From: Minisyncoccia bacterium
GTDB lineage: Bacteria; Patescibacteriota; Minisyncoccia; Phycocordibacterales; DATDWN01
Direction of reading: 5' to 3'
Assembly (NCBI GenBank): GCA_965661755.1
Contig: CBFIEZ010000001.1
Coordinates: 1-40,238 of the forward strand
DNA: 40,238 nucleotides
Shown here: one piece after another, positions 1 through 12,320 of the stretch
How positions within the stretch are numbered: position 1 is the first letter of the stretch
How the letters are laid out: each line of letters opens with the position of its first letter
Position numbers and translations under genes: made by a program
Notes under the pieces: model-generated
Seen by the model: only the letters and a program-made list of their open reading frames with translations
Database searches by the model: none
What the model was told of the DNA's origin: nothing

Positions 1-77
1 TCAACATTCTTAATTTGTGTATTAGTTGCCACTCCAAGCTGTGTAGCTACATCTTGTGCATATGTTGTTGGGTTATT
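1..77. repeat. Terminal direct repeat, left copy, identical to 40162-40238. Most likely the assembly overlap of a circular or terminally redundant 40,161-bp genome.
   Basis: The first 77 nt and last 77 nt of the window are identical. A reading frame continues across the junction without a stop. Confidence 0.95.
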
Positions 78-2051
78 TCCATCTCCCTTCGGAGCATAAA
101 CAGCAAAATACTGTGATAATGTCATATTTGGGTTATAGTTTGTTCCTGCAACTGTCTGATTCCCATATACTTGGTTCACAAGAGCATTCCATCAATCCTG
201 TGGAGTTGCATAGATTGTAAATCCACTCTCTGATATACCATTACCAACATCTCCTGCTCTAAGGTTACCAGGGTTATTGTTGTTTAGACCAGCATCTTTA
301 GTGCTATTAGTTCTAAAGTATGGATTATTGAGATTTGAAAAATCATAGTTCTTTGTAACTCCTGCGTTAAGCACTGGTCCTCATGGGAATGATATAGATG
401 ATGTTGAAGAACCTTTCCATGGGTCAACTGTCTTATTTGCAAGATCAATAAAGCCATAGATATTTGCTCATGTGTCAGGATCTTGTCCGATAACACCCCA
501 AGTAGTCTTGTCATCTACCTTTTTGCTAAGAGCTTGCCACTGTGGCTTCTCTCTTACTCACTTCATAAAGTTTTCCTCAATTGCATCTTGTACACTCATT
601 CCTCATTTTACTGCTGACTGTACTTTTGCTATGATCTGGCTTGATGATTGCTGGAAAGGCACTCACATTGCTGTCAGTGTTTTCATTTGCTCTGTAATAG
701 AGTTGTTTATTGCTCTATTTACTTCTACAGGATCAGTAGAGTTGAGACTTGGATTATTAAAGTCATACTCTAGTTGCATTTTCTGTTTCTGACCTTCTGG
801 AGTCTGATTATAGATATTATAAGCCTGTCAGATTGCTGATAGATACATACTTTTATTCTGCAAAGCATTCTGCTCATCAGTTTTCTGCATCTTGAGAGCA
901 TCAGTATATGCAGTGAAGTTTTCTTTAGCATTTCAAAGCTGTAAACTATAGTCTTCTTGTGCAAAAGTGGCATCTCTATATGCTTTTTGAAGTGCTGGTT
1001 GGAGTTCCTTTTGTCTCTTTGTTGCCTCAGCAATGATGAGACTTTCGGTTGCTCCTGTCCCCTCTTTTTCTTTTCTTACATCAGCCTCTATATTTGAGTA
1101 TGTGTCTTGGATTGTAGTATATGCTTGTTTTGTTGCCAAATAATTGTCCTGAGCTGTTTTAATTTCAGGAGTATTTAGCATTTCATTTCTCTTTGCTAAG
1201 AGATCATCTGCAGATGTGATTGTAGATGTTGGTGCAGTAGTGAATCATGCTGCAGTCAGCATATCTTGGACATCCTTGAGTGGAGAGTTTTTTGGTGTTT
1301 CTCCTGAAACTACATTTACTGTATCAAGTTTGAGCTGATCGTCTTTTGCTTTTATATAATCATTATAGAGGTTTGGATTATACGTCTTTATTGTATTCAT
1401 TTGGTTCTGACTCAGCTGTCCTCATCTTACAGCATCAAGAACCTGGCTACCATTTGTAAACTTATTTACAACGGCGCTCTTACTATTTACACCACTATAG
1501 ATGTCTTGCCACTTTTGTGTTCAAGCAGCTTTCCCATATATATCATTGATAGTGTGTTGCCAATTAGGATCGCTCCAGTTTGGAGTAGCACCAAATTGAG
1601 CCAAAGTCTCTGTAAGAGCTTTATCTCTAATAGTATCATCTACATTTATACCACTATTTGCAATGTTTTGAAGTTGTGCCTTTACACTATCAGCTATCTG
1701 TTTGTTTCTTGTCTCCTGATAGCCAGGATTCTGTATGCTAAGAGCATTTGCATCTTGTCAAAACTTTACATCCACTGGTTTGCTTGGATCTGTAGGAGTA
1801 ACTACCTTATCAGAGGGCTTTGTTGCATCACTTGGTGGTGTAACATTCTGTTGACCTCATGCCATAACCTTATTGGCATCTATCCCAGTGTCTACAGGTG
1901 CTACAGGATCAACAGGAGCAGTCGGAGAACCTCCTGGTGTAGGAGATACTGGTGCTGGAGGTGTTGCTCCGCCTACTGGTGGCGTAACTGTCTGATCGAC
2001 ATTTGTCACAGTACCATTTGCATTTCTCTGTGCTACATTCTTTCTTAACAT
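1..2051 (-). CDS. Large virion protein, N-terminal part. The full protein is 963 aa; the ORF crosses the circular junction and ends at 39321.
   Basis: ATG at 2051. I checked every codon from there down to base 1 and on from 40161 to TAG 39321-39323 and found no in-frame TAA or TAG. There are 16 in-frame TGA. The product is Q/N/T-rich with a P/T/V-rich N-terminus and the motif NNNNPGNLRAGD..GFTIYATPQDG. It sits in the late structural arm. Confidence 0.6.
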
Positions 2052-2076
2052 ATGAGGTTTTTGTTTTAGTTAAATA

Positions 2077-2454
2077 TTATCTTGGGATTAAGTACATGGT
2101 TGGCGCTCCTGAGTGTGTAATATGGATCCAGTCTCCTTGTGATAATCTTAGAGGAGTATTTGGTATTGTGATTTTTGTTATATTGTCTCTACTAAATTGG
2201 ATTGAGACACTTGTTCACCCAGTAAGGATAACATCTACATCTCCCCCCTTATTTTGATAACTAAAGACTGATGCAGCAACTGTTATTTGTCTTAACTTTC
2301 ATCTAGGAGTACGAGTTGCAAGATTCTTGTCTATTGTTGGCTTATCCAAGCCAAGAGAAGCAGTATTATCAGCAATAGGCTCTTTAGGTGGATCAATGTA
2401 CTCTACTGCGTCAAAATCTATCTTCTTCTCTTTCTCGTTTTTAGGTATCTGCAT
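2077..2454 (-). CDS. Hypothetical virion-module protein (125 aa)
   Basis: Table-25 ORF from ATG 2454 to TAA 2077-2079 with 2 in-frame TGA and no in-frame TAA/TAG. It overlaps the upstream gene by 14 nt. Confidence 0.5.
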
Positions 2455-4471
2455 TTCTTCTCTCCTCAGAAACTAAAGCTAGAGACATGAGGGATGGGGT
2501 AGAAGATCCTGGACCAACTAACTCTGTCCTCCAAACTAACTCATAGAAGTCCTCATTTACATTATTAAACTCCATATCCCTTCTTGTTGTATCTGTAACA
2601 TTCCCTAAGTATCTCATGTTATGGTAGTTCTGGAATGAGAGTGTTGTATCTCCTGTTCCAGTAGCTTTTGTTAATGTCGCTGATGTTCCAACTGGGAGAC
2701 TTGGATTTGCTGTCCCAGATGTTCTTTGGGTGTAGACAACAGTAGATCAAGCATATAATGTAGTGGATATAACAGTATATGTAGAGCCATTATGTGTATA
2801 GGTTGCTCATACTGTTGGTGCTATTGTTGGTGGTGTACCAACTATGAATGAGAACTTATCAGTCTCATTATCCAACGCAGCATAGTATCTTAGGTAACAA
2901 TTAGAGTTTGGTAAGTAGTAACCGTATCTATGTCCTATGAATGCTTTGATAATATCAATATCACGACCATAGAAGACATCATCTACATATCCCCACATTG
3001 AGTAAACACTTGTAGATATGTATGGCGTAGAATAGAGGTATGAGTTTGTGCCACTCTTAGTTGCTATATATAATTTATCTCCATAAACACCCATTGCAGT
3101 AGGTGTACCAATTATATTTGTTGTCTTTGTAAGAGAGTCTGGGAAATCAGGATGATGCTTACCATATGTGATAATGCAGTCAGTTGCTAATATCCAAGTC
3201 AACATTCCAAAGTCAGCTGAAAGATTCTGTGTAGTAGCATTTAGATTCCCACTATTTGCTCATAGAAATTGTAATCTTCTATCTCACACAGCAGTGCTAT
3301 CTCTATAGAGGAGCTTCTTTGTATACCCATTAGAAAGCCATAAGTAGTTTTCATTGAGTGCTTTTGTGATAACAAGTTGATTATCTCCTGTATTGATTGA
3401 CTGCATAATTGTCTGATTCGGCCAGTCAGTTCCTCTAAGAGGTGCAAGACTCACACCATCCCATAAATAGGATTTCTTGCTAGTGTACACAATGATCTGG
3501 TCTCCCACCTTATGTAGACCTATGACAATTTCATTTGTATCAAAAGTTAGTGCTACCTCCGCAGAGTCAGCTCCATTTGTTGTGGAGTCAATTCTTAAGA
3601 TTTTATTTCCAAGACCAACAAATGCATCCCCAAAGAAGAAGAGAACTGGTCTTGTTGTGCTAGTGTATGATCCTGTAGTATATGTGATATAGTTCTCTGT
3701 GAACCCAGCAAGCGAGTCAATACGTACATCCAATATCTTTCCATTGTAGTCTGTACTTGGCACAAGTCTTATCTCATTGAGAGCATCAGTTGGACTAGTC
3801 CCAAAGAAGTACACCACTCCATTGTTTGAACTGCTAAGAGATCAAGTCAGAGGAACATTTCCACTTCCTGTACTTAAGAAGTTAGGAACACATGTTCCAA
3901 GTGTACATCCTGTATGCTGAATCCTAATCATATAATATGTGCTCACAGAAACACCACTTGTAAAAGGTCTAAGTGCTGATGTTCCAGATGAGTGTGTAAA
4001 TCATGGATTGTTGAAAGACCATCATCCACCAATAGACCAAGATCCACTAACAGATGCATCAGGATTAGTCACAACCTCTGTATAAGAGAATGTTGATGTA
4101 TCAAGTCTTCCTATATCAGACGTCCCCAGGAAGTAGTAATACTGTCCTATCTTGAAGCTATTATAGAGCTGTATATCATTTGCATCTGTAGATTTATACT
4201 TGTATACAATAAGATTTGTAGAAAGATCAATTATATACCCAAGAAGTGTTGTAGCATATCTATCATTTATATGGACGATTGTGTCTCCTACTACAAGATT
4301 AGAGAACTCTACACTTGCTATACTTGCAAGAGTGGTATACTTACTATTCCTTCTATGGTCTACATTTCTAGCATCATAAAAAGTCTTAGCAGGTCAAACG
4401 TACTTATCGTTTCTCATACCTCCTGTCCTATCAGTTGTTCTAATACCTACTACGGCTGATGGTGCTGTCAT
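2441..4471 (-). CDS. Large virion structural protein (676 aa), probably tail or baseplate associated
   Basis: ATG 4471 to TAA 2441-2443. It fuses ORF-track fragments 3284..3817 and 2807..3205 and their flanks across 8 in-frame TGA, checked codon by codon. Located downstream of the capsid and adaptor genes. Confidence 0.6.
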
Positions 4472-4472
4472 A

Positions 4473-5180
4473 TTAGTATTTGAATCTATCTCCATTTGGT
4501 AAAGTCATTTCTGTAGGTGTTGATTGCCTATCAGTGAGCGCCTTAATCATCTTTGCTACACCTGCTTCATAGTCATTCTGTGCCATTACTTTGTCATCCT
4601 TCATAGACCACTCTTGGAATACATAAGCCAATGCACCAACACCAATAAGATAGTTGAAGTCTCTAAGCTCTGTGTGTCCAGGGAATATAGCTGTTTCAGC
4701 TTCTCCTCATACAAGATCAATGAGATTCACTAATGCTTGCATCTTAAGCCCATTAGAGACTGTATTGTCTGGGGTTGGATATAAGAAAATTGATCCACCT
4801 TTAATATCATAGAATCCTTGATCTTGTGTTAATGCATCTCCAAGTTCATCCAGAGCCATCCCTTGCTCTGTGTTCTTTTTCATAGGTCGAAGACTTCTAT
4901 AGGCATCAGTTGTAGCCCACTTTACTTCAACACTTATAATCTTCTTAGCACCTACAACAGTTGCACTACATGGAGGGAGTGTATACTCTACTTGCCCACT
5001 CACTAATCCAGCAGAGAAATACTCATAGAAGTAGTCCTCTCCAATTGCTTGGATGATTCTATTTTCAAGATCATGGTAGACTATATTCTCATATATCAAA
5101 AGCTGTGCAGCACTAATCTGCGATGTACTTTTTTTATTTGCCTGTTGCCTTATAAATAAGTCTATACCTGCTTGATCCAT
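4473..5180 (-). CDS. Putative head-completion or head-tail adaptor protein (235 aa)
   Basis: ATG 5180 to TAA 4473-4475, with one in-frame TGA at 4707. It lies directly downstream of the capsid gene. The function is assigned from position only. Confidence 0.45.
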
Positions 5181-5264
5181 ATGTCTCTGTATTTATAAAC
5201 CTCTGATTTTCTTAGATAATGTGTTATATCACAGTGTCTAAGAGAAGCAGAAGCCTCTCTATTA

Positions 5265-6104
5265 CTACGCGTATTTAAGAGTAGCAATTCTCTTAGAGTT
5301 TTCACTGAATACTTTACTACCCATAACGAACTCTGACAAGATGTTAGTTCTGAAACCCTTAGGCTCTTTTCTTTCATCATATCCAGTCCACTGAACAGCA
5401 AGGTGTACAGAGTCTTTATCCATAGCAAGCATTTTCTTTGCTACAGCGAGGTTGTTAGTTTCGTAGATCAGGAATCCTGACATTTTCCCTACGTAACCTT
5501 CAATTCTAGCATCAAGACCTTCTCTAAATCCATCAAACAGACTTGACTGTCTAATGAGTGATGCAATAGCAGGCTCAACGAACAATGCAGCCTGTTGGAA
5601 TGCGTTGTTAGAAGCGAGTGCAACTCTCATTTCCTCAATAAGAGCGTGGATAGTTGTTTTATCTGCTGTAGCAGCTGATCCCTCATGCAGTTTGTTTCCT
5701 GTAAGAGCTCCAGTGATGGCAACATAAGAAACATATCCATCAATTACATTTCTCATTGAATACATAATCTGTGATCCGATCTTCTCACGAAGTGCAAGGT
5801 TAGACTGGATTTCCTCAAGATTAGTAACAGTAACGAGAACCTGTTGAAGTGTGTCAATTACAAGAGTTTCCTTTGTAATCGTGAAGGTTGTAGCCGTAAT
5901 ATCCGCTCCGGCAGTTGTACCAGTAGTGAATGAAATACGTGGGAATGTCTGTACTGAAACAGTGTCTCCCTGCTGAGTAATTTCTCCTTCAAACTCTCTA
6001 TTTGCCCATTCGGACATTGTAAATTGCTTATCTAACAGGGCAATAACCTGTTTCACAAGGATGTTCTCCTTGATGATGGTGTTGGTTCCGAGTGTAAAAC
6101 TCAT
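5265..6104 (-). CDS. Major capsid protein (279 aa)
   Basis: Uninterrupted ORF ending in TAG followed by TAA (5262-5267). It follows the portal and scaffold genes in the canonical order. It contains no TGA although it has 18 Gly codons. Confidence 0.65.
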   Translation of the reverse strand: MSFTLGTNTIIKENILVKQVIALLDKQFTMSEWANREFEGEITQQGDTVSVQTFPRISFTTGTTAGADITATTFTITKETLVIDTLQQVLVTVTNLEEIQSNLALREKIGSQIMYSMRNVIDGYVSYVAITGALTGNKLHEGSAATADKTTIHALIEEMRVALASNNAFQQAALFVEPAIASLIRQSSLFDGFREGLDARIEGYVGKMSGFLIYETNNLAVAKKMLAMDKDSVHLAVQWTGYDERKEPKGFRTNILSEFVMGSKVFSENSKRIATLKYA

Positions 6105-6133
6105 GTTTTGTTTTTGTTATAAATGGTTAAATG

Positions 6134-6655
6134 CTATCTAACGATCTGCATCTCCCCAGCCTTCCATTTAGCATGAACTTTCTTGTATTCATCAATAGGT
6201 AGAGCATCAAAGTCCTTCTGAGACATAGTTGTTACCTTTGTGTCTACTTTACCACCCATAGATCTAGCTTGTGGCTGTTTATCCGGGATGACTAGCTTAG
6301 CTGCATCTTCAATGCTGAGGTTATGGTCTTTAGACAGGGTTCTGACCTTTTCTATATCAAGATCAGGATATTGGGATTTCAGTGCTTCCACTGCTTTGTC
6401 CTCTGCCATAACTTTTCTAACAGTTTCCTCAGGGATCTCCTGATTAGCTGGTTTCTTTTGAGCAATTCTTTTGAGAGCGTTGTATTCATTCTTTGGCACT
6501 CTAACAAAATCATCATCTCATTCTTTTGGTTCTTGTTTTTGTTTTTGTTCATCAGTTTTGTTTTTGTCATCTAGATCATCCCCTTGTGGGTTATCTAAAT
6601 CGATGTCTTTGTCGGCTACATCATCGCCCTCATGTGTTTCCTTTATCGGATCCAT
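6134..6655 (-). CDS. Putative scaffolding protein (173 aa)
   Basis: ATG 6655 to TAG 6134-6136, with one in-frame TGA. Strongly acidic, D/E/K-rich N-terminus. Located between the portal and capsid genes. Confidence 0.5.
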
Positions 6656-6730
6656 GGTAAGTTTTTTAGTATTAAAACTCCGACTGGTTACGGGAGCGGC
6701 TTCTGGCAGACAACGCTGTGACCAAGTATG

Positions 6731-7021
6731 TTAGTAGAGATTATTTATTGTGTCTGATATGTTCTTTTGTCCTACTATCTGTGTAAGGTACTCTTGTGGC
6801 TTATCTCTAAACTTCTTGAGTTCTTTACGCACTAGCATAGCTACATCTTTCTTGTTGTATTTGATCTCATTGAGTGCTTCTAGATCTGTGATGCTAACTT
6901 CATCTCCAAGTAGGATCTTTGTATATCTATCAATAGCAGCATCCATAAGCTCCTGCATAGCAGTCCATACTCATGTTCCTATCAATTGTGCTATAGCTAC
7001 CTGTTTTTGTTCTGGAGTCAT
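6731..7021 (-). CDS. Hypothetical protein (96 aa)
   Basis: ATG 7021, one nt after the portal stop, to TAA 6731-6733. One in-frame TGA. Confidence 0.5.
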
Positions 7022-7022
7022 A

Positions 7023-8909
7023 CTATGCTACATTTTGTAAAGATACCGCCTTGTTGGCTGGATTGTCTTGTGCCATCATCTGATTAGTAAGCTGTCATTG
7101 CATTTGTTTGTCTGGAGCTTGAGTTGGTGCTTGAGCAGCTCTTTGTGCTTGCCCACTTTGTTTATAAGCCTCAAGTCTAACACGGATTGCTTTCTCTCTA
7201 GATGGATTGCTTGGTGCTCTTTGGTAGTATACCACATATGTAAAGTGATCTTCTCCATTGAGATCTGTAATCTCTGGTGGCATCTCATCTCTTGTTATGA
7301 GCTCCAACCACATTTGAGCATCTAACTCATCAGCTGTATATGGGCATATCACATCAATCTCTTGTCTTGCTATACCTTGGAGTTTGAGCATTTTTCTTTC
7401 TGCAAACTTCTTTGATACCACTGGCTTAGTAGGATCTGACATGATGCCATTGTACATTGCAAAGTATCATACCTTCTCCTTTTCCATCTTAGCCTCTATT
7501 TCCATGAGACTCTGAATATCTACTGTGATATTCTTGTATGTTATGAGTTGTGCTTTAGTGAACTCACGATACTCACTTGCTCAAAGGTCATTCTTGTATT
7601 GCACCTTCTTCTTGCCATCTAGGAACTCAATGTGTGATCTATACCAGAACTCTCGCCATTTGACCTGACTTCTCATATATCTCTTAATTCCATATATCTG
7701 CTTAAGATTGGCATTTGCTTGTATTGTATCATTCTCTCCCTTTGTGATTGCTTGCTGGCCAGAAGAACCAAGACTTCTCTCATCCATTCCTATATCAAGA
7801 GAGAACTGATTTCTAAGTGACTGCTTTATGTATTGGCTATCTTGTTTAATTCCTTCATTCTGTACTTGGTAGTATGGCTCTCCCTTTGTGAGTGTTGCTG
7901 GTACTAGCTTAGGTCATAGTGACTGTTGAGCTAACATCTTTACATCTTTCACAAGGTCCGGGTCATAGAAGAAGTATTGTCCCCAAGTTGCATATTCTGC
8001 TCTGATCTTCTCTAGATTGTCAAAGAGCTGTAATGCTGTTTGCTTATCCTCTAGAATATCACAGATACTCACTCCTCGCGGATCCCATGGACAATCCATC
8101 CAACGAGATGGGATGACTGGATTAGGGACACACATTGGGTATTTCTTCTCCTCATCAGTTACTGGCTCTATTTCAACTGCACGGATTATCATACTCCTCT
8201 CATTTGCTAGAGTGATGAGCCACAATCTATCTCCAAACCTCTCAATAGCATTATATATGCCAAACTTAGTAATGTTGATTGGCTGTGTTAATTCTCTTGT
8301 GGTGCGACCTACCTCCTTACCACGTTCTACCATTGAATTATAAGTGGCGATCTTGAGTTCAGCAATATCTACATCATATCAGTTGTTTATGCTTAACTCT
8401 CCCTCATCAAGGTTCATTTCAAATCCATGGTATCTATAGCCATCATTAACATCCCATTCAGTATCACAGATCCATTGCATAGGACTTATAACTTTATATG
8501 TTGGTTGCTTCTTTATCGTGTCATATCAGTCAAACACCTCAAGACTAACTCCATAGAAGAACATATCCCAGAGAGCTGCATCTTTCTTTTCAGCAAGATT
8601 CATGCTACTCCAATCTGACTTAGCTGCTGCATCTATATTGTCTTCTAGTTCATCGAACCACATTCCCTCAACTGTGAAACCTACACTAGGCTTGTCCTTC
8701 ATATAGAGAGCCTGGAGGGTTTGCATAACAGAGAATATGAGCCTATTATATATCTTGTCCTTTTGGTCTTGTATATTGAGCCACAATTTCTGTCTTGTTC
8801 TGAATCTTTCTCTTTTGTTGTTAGTAAAACTAATAGATGCCTGGTAATGGTCTTCTATCTGTCTCTTAACTTCTACTTCCGTATATCAGGTTGGTAATTT
8901 AAGAACCAT
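7023..8909 (-). CDS. Portal protein (628 aa)
   Basis: ATG 8909 to TAG 7023-7025. It joins four same-frame ORF-track fragments (8526..8786, 7914..8333, 7581..7787, 7095..7457) across 7 in-frame TGA, checked for TAA/TAG. The call rests on size and on its position directly after terL. Confidence 0.7.
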
Positions 8910-8940
8910 GTATATTTGTATCAAAAAAAGATATACTACC

Positions 8941-8969
8941 ATTATAGATCGTATACCTTTGAGTGACAA
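8941..8969 (-). promoter_or_regulatory. Sigma-70-like promoter upstream of the portal gene
   Basis: On the minus strand: TTGTCA, a 17-nt spacer, then TATAAT. It lies about 30 nt upstream of the portal ATG in the terL-portal intergenic region. Confidence 0.5.
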
Positions 8970-9004
8970 GTGATGAGAGAAAACTTGGAGAAAACATAGA
9001 GAAA

Positions 9005-10549
9005 CTATAAGAGGTGTGAGAAATCCATTTGTGGTGCTTGGGCACTATCACTCTGGTCTCTATCTTTATCCCAGAATGTATAAGCTAATGCGTCTGCTAT
9101 GTCTGGAGATTTTCAAAACATCTTTTTCATATCCTCCTTGCTCATTATTTGTATCTTGCCTGCTAAGGTTCTCTTGTAGCGGATCATAGTAAGATCCTCA
9201 CGCCATAGCTTAGCATCTCCTACTAGTTGCCCACCTTTCCTAAGCCATTCAGCAAGTCTCCAGAAACATTCAGCACGTCTATTAAGGAATCTTTCCTCAT
9301 CCCATGCTTTGTCTCCCCAGTTCACACCATTCACATTTATTCTAGCTTGTGCAAGTTTGACTGCTACATTTGCACCAACTCCAAAGTTATCCACATATAC
9401 ATTATTGTGTGGGATGTTATAATGGACTATTGCTGTTCCTGTCTTCTCTGCTATAGAAAGCTCTGTACTTACTTTCTCACTAAACACTTGCATAGCACAG
9501 AAATTATCTCTTAGCACTCATTTGGTTTCATCAGATCATTCTCCTGCTGGATCAACTCCTAACTTCTTAAATCAAATGAACATCTGTTTAGGATCCGGCT
9601 CCATTGCTCTATAGTGGAGATCCTGTTCTAGTAAGAGTGGCACATATCATTTATCATCAACTCCATCTGATTTAGGAAACTCTCCAAGTACCATATATCT
9701 AAACTCATCACTATCCTCTCCATATTTCTCTTTAGCACGTTCTGCAAGATCCTTCACTACTGGGCTATCCAATCCATTGAACTGTAAGCATAACCAGTTC
9801 TTCCTATCACTATGGTGGCTATCATAGAAATATCCAATTAGTCTTGTGGGATTAGAAATCATAACCATAAGTGTGCTTCCACTAGTCATAGCTCCTTCTG
9901 CCTTTGTATAGATTATATCATCAACTCCAGAGGCTTCATCCACAAGTATACACACATCATCAGCATGTAGACCTGCAAGTGCTTCTGGATTGTCTTTCTT
10001 AGCTGTTTTTGCTCTAGCCCACCAATAATCCGGAGAGTCTTTCATACGTATATAATCGCTACTTCTCTCATACTGATCCTTGATGCTCTCAGGCATCTTA
10101 TCAAGCCATACTGCTATTTCAGTCCATAGGACATCTTCCATCTGTTCCTTGGTTGGTGCAGTACATCCAATTCTACATTTCTTGTGTGTGAACAAAAACC
10201 ACAAGAGAATCCAACTCATACATGTAGACTTTCCAATCCCATGTCAGCTTGCTACTGTGATCCTATTTGCTCACTTCTCTATAGAGATAAGGATAAGCCG
10301 CTGTTGCCATGTGATATGCTTTCCTTTCTCAAACTCTCCAAACATATCAACAGTAATCTCTTTGACTCTTTCTTTATAATCAAAAAGAGAGAGACTTAAG
10401 ATCTCACTAATGAATCATATGTATTCATTTTTGATAGGTTGTGGTCTAAGTCCCCATACTAGCTCTATGAAGTATATGGGAGACTGTTGTAGTCTTAGAT
10501 AGGTGGCTACTTCTTGTTCAAGTCTTTTGTTTTCGTCTTGGTTATCCAT
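9005..10549 (-). CDS. terL: Terminase large subunit (514 aa)
   Basis: ATG 10549 to TAG 9005-9007, with 8 in-frame TGA. Walker A VAS[TGA]HGIGKST, Walker B-like ILVDEASG, and nuclease-domain motif LGVDPAGE[TGA]SDET. Confidence 0.85.
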
Positions 10550-10550
10550 A

Positions 10551-10925
10551 CTATGTCCCTTTGTAAAAGAGTTGTTCCAAAGCCTCTGATCTCTTGATCT
10601 TTCTAAGCTGGAACTTGTTTATATAGTTGGGAGATAAAGATTTGTTTCTATTTCGGACAGTTATGAGCTGATTTTTGTCTCAGAATATCCATACATTCTT
10701 TGTCATATAATGTTGCATGCATCCATGTAATACTTCTAGTGATACCTTGGGATTCCATTGTACACTCTTAGGGACATCCCCATATGCAGTAACCACATAG
10801 AGGTTCTTATCATTCCTAAAGGCAAACTGTATATTTTCTCTGATCCAAGGGGCTACCTCATCATAAGTCTTAATGGGTAGCCTTTCCAATATTCTTTGGA
10901 CCGCATGGTTGCTTATCCTTATCAT
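10551..10925 (-). CDS. Hypothetical protein (124 aa) with an N-terminal ISNHAVQRILER motif resembling DUF4258/RelE-like folds
   Basis: ATG 10925 to TAG 10551-10553, one in-frame TGA. It abuts terL where a small terminase gene usually sits. Confidence 0.4.
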
Positions 10926-11438
10926 TTACCTTTTGATACCATAGAATCTAAAGTCATTTTTATAGTAGCTTATTCCATACTCACTAAACTTTTCCTCCCA
11001 ATCAAACATCTGTACATCTCTAAGTCATACATTGTAGTAGTAGTCTGTTGTGTAAGGGCTATCAGCTGGGCTTGTTCTCTTTGTCCCATGTTCTGCTCTA
11101 CCAGCACCAGCACAAGTAACTAGAAGTAATCCTCCTGGCTTCAATAGCTTTACCATGTTATGAATCGATTGTCTGAAATACTGATCGTGCTCTAACATCT
11201 CTGTAGATACAACCACATCATACCTTCCATAATCTGTCCACTCATGGACTGGAGACACAATATCAACATTAGGTCATTCCCCTATATCCATCCCAGTATA
11301 TTCACTATATGGGAAGTGTTGCTTGTTGTTCCCATTGATGTCCATGCTTCCAACATCCAAGACTCTTAGCCCAGCCAAGAAGAACTCTGGATGCTTCACT
11401 TTCATATCCTCTATGTATTGGATGACATTTTGGTGCAT
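10926..11438 (-). CDS. Class I SAM-dependent methyltransferase (170 aa)
   Basis: ATG 11438 to TAA 10926-10928. Motif I RVLDVGS, post-I GMDIGE[TGA]PNVD, and LKPGGLLLV. Confidence 0.6.
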
Positions 11439-11440
11439 AC

Positions 11441-11656
11441 TTAGGTGGTTGATGGTAAAATATATAAGTCTGGCAAGTTTTCTCTCCTATACTTGCCCAT
11501 AGCCTTTTCAAAGTTATCAATAGCAACATACCACTCATCACTATATTCAGCAAATGAGGAGATCTTATTCTCAAGATCATCCCACTCCTTTATAGCCTCA
11601 TCAGGTACTAGATATTGGTGTGAGCTCTCATCATACTTTATGTGTACCTTTTGCAT
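11441..11656 (-). CDS. Hypothetical protein (71 aa)
   Basis: ATG 11656 to TAA 11441-11443. Tightly packed between the GT2 and methyltransferase genes. Confidence 0.45.
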   Translation of the reverse strand: MQKVHIKYDESSHQYLVPDEAIKEWDDLENKISSFAEYSDEWYVAIDNFEKAMGKYRRENLPDLYILPSTT

Positions 11657-11657
11657 G

Positions 11658-12320
11658 TTATCTCCAGTTGTTCTCATCTAAAATCTTCTCCCAGGTCTTA
11701 GCATCCTGTTCCATCCAGTAGCTTACCTTCTTGTAGTTAGCTTCTTGCTGTTTCTTGTTTATGGTTTTACTATTCACTGTTTGACTCTCATAGTGTCTTA
11801 TACTTCCACCTCGCCCTACATCCTTTTGAGCCTTATGGAAAAGCCAATTATCATTGTAGAAGATCTTGAGTCTATCATCTATTGGGAATAGACTCTTAGA
11901 TCTTCTGAACATGAAGCAAAACCCATCAATCCCCACATCTCCATTGTTCATGTTGAGCTTCTCCTCATGTCTACGGAAGAAGTATGGGCAAGCTATTGTG
12001 TAGATGTCTGCTAGAGCCTTAAGAAAGCTAATTGTCTTAGGGTTCTGGAACTTGATGTCATTGTTGATAACCATGATATACTCTCCATGACTTTCAGCTA
12101 CTCCTCTATTCCAAGAGTAAGTCACACCTCTATTCTTGTCATTCTTAAAGTATCTAAGATTATCTATGTTCTTTTCTGCTATCCATTCCTCTGTCCCATC
12201 AGTGGATCAGTCATCAACAACTACAATCTCATAAGGCTCATCCATAAAGAGCTTAAGATTGTCTATGATTTGTTTAGTTCGGTATAGTTCGTTGTAAACT
12301 GGTATCACTACACTTATCAT
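11658..12320 (-). CDS. Family-2 glycosyltransferase (220 aa)
   Basis: The N-terminus MISVVIPVYNE...EIVVVDD[TGA]STDGT is the classic GT2 signature. The TGA at 12207-12209 sits on the invariant Gly of DDGS. Confidence 0.8.

Noticed and set aside
1-77. The 77-bp terminal repeat as a biological direct terminal repeat or cos region.
   Set aside because: Its length is typical of an assembler k-mer overlap, and it lies inside an uninterrupted coding frame. The true packaging ends cannot be inferred from the sequence alone.
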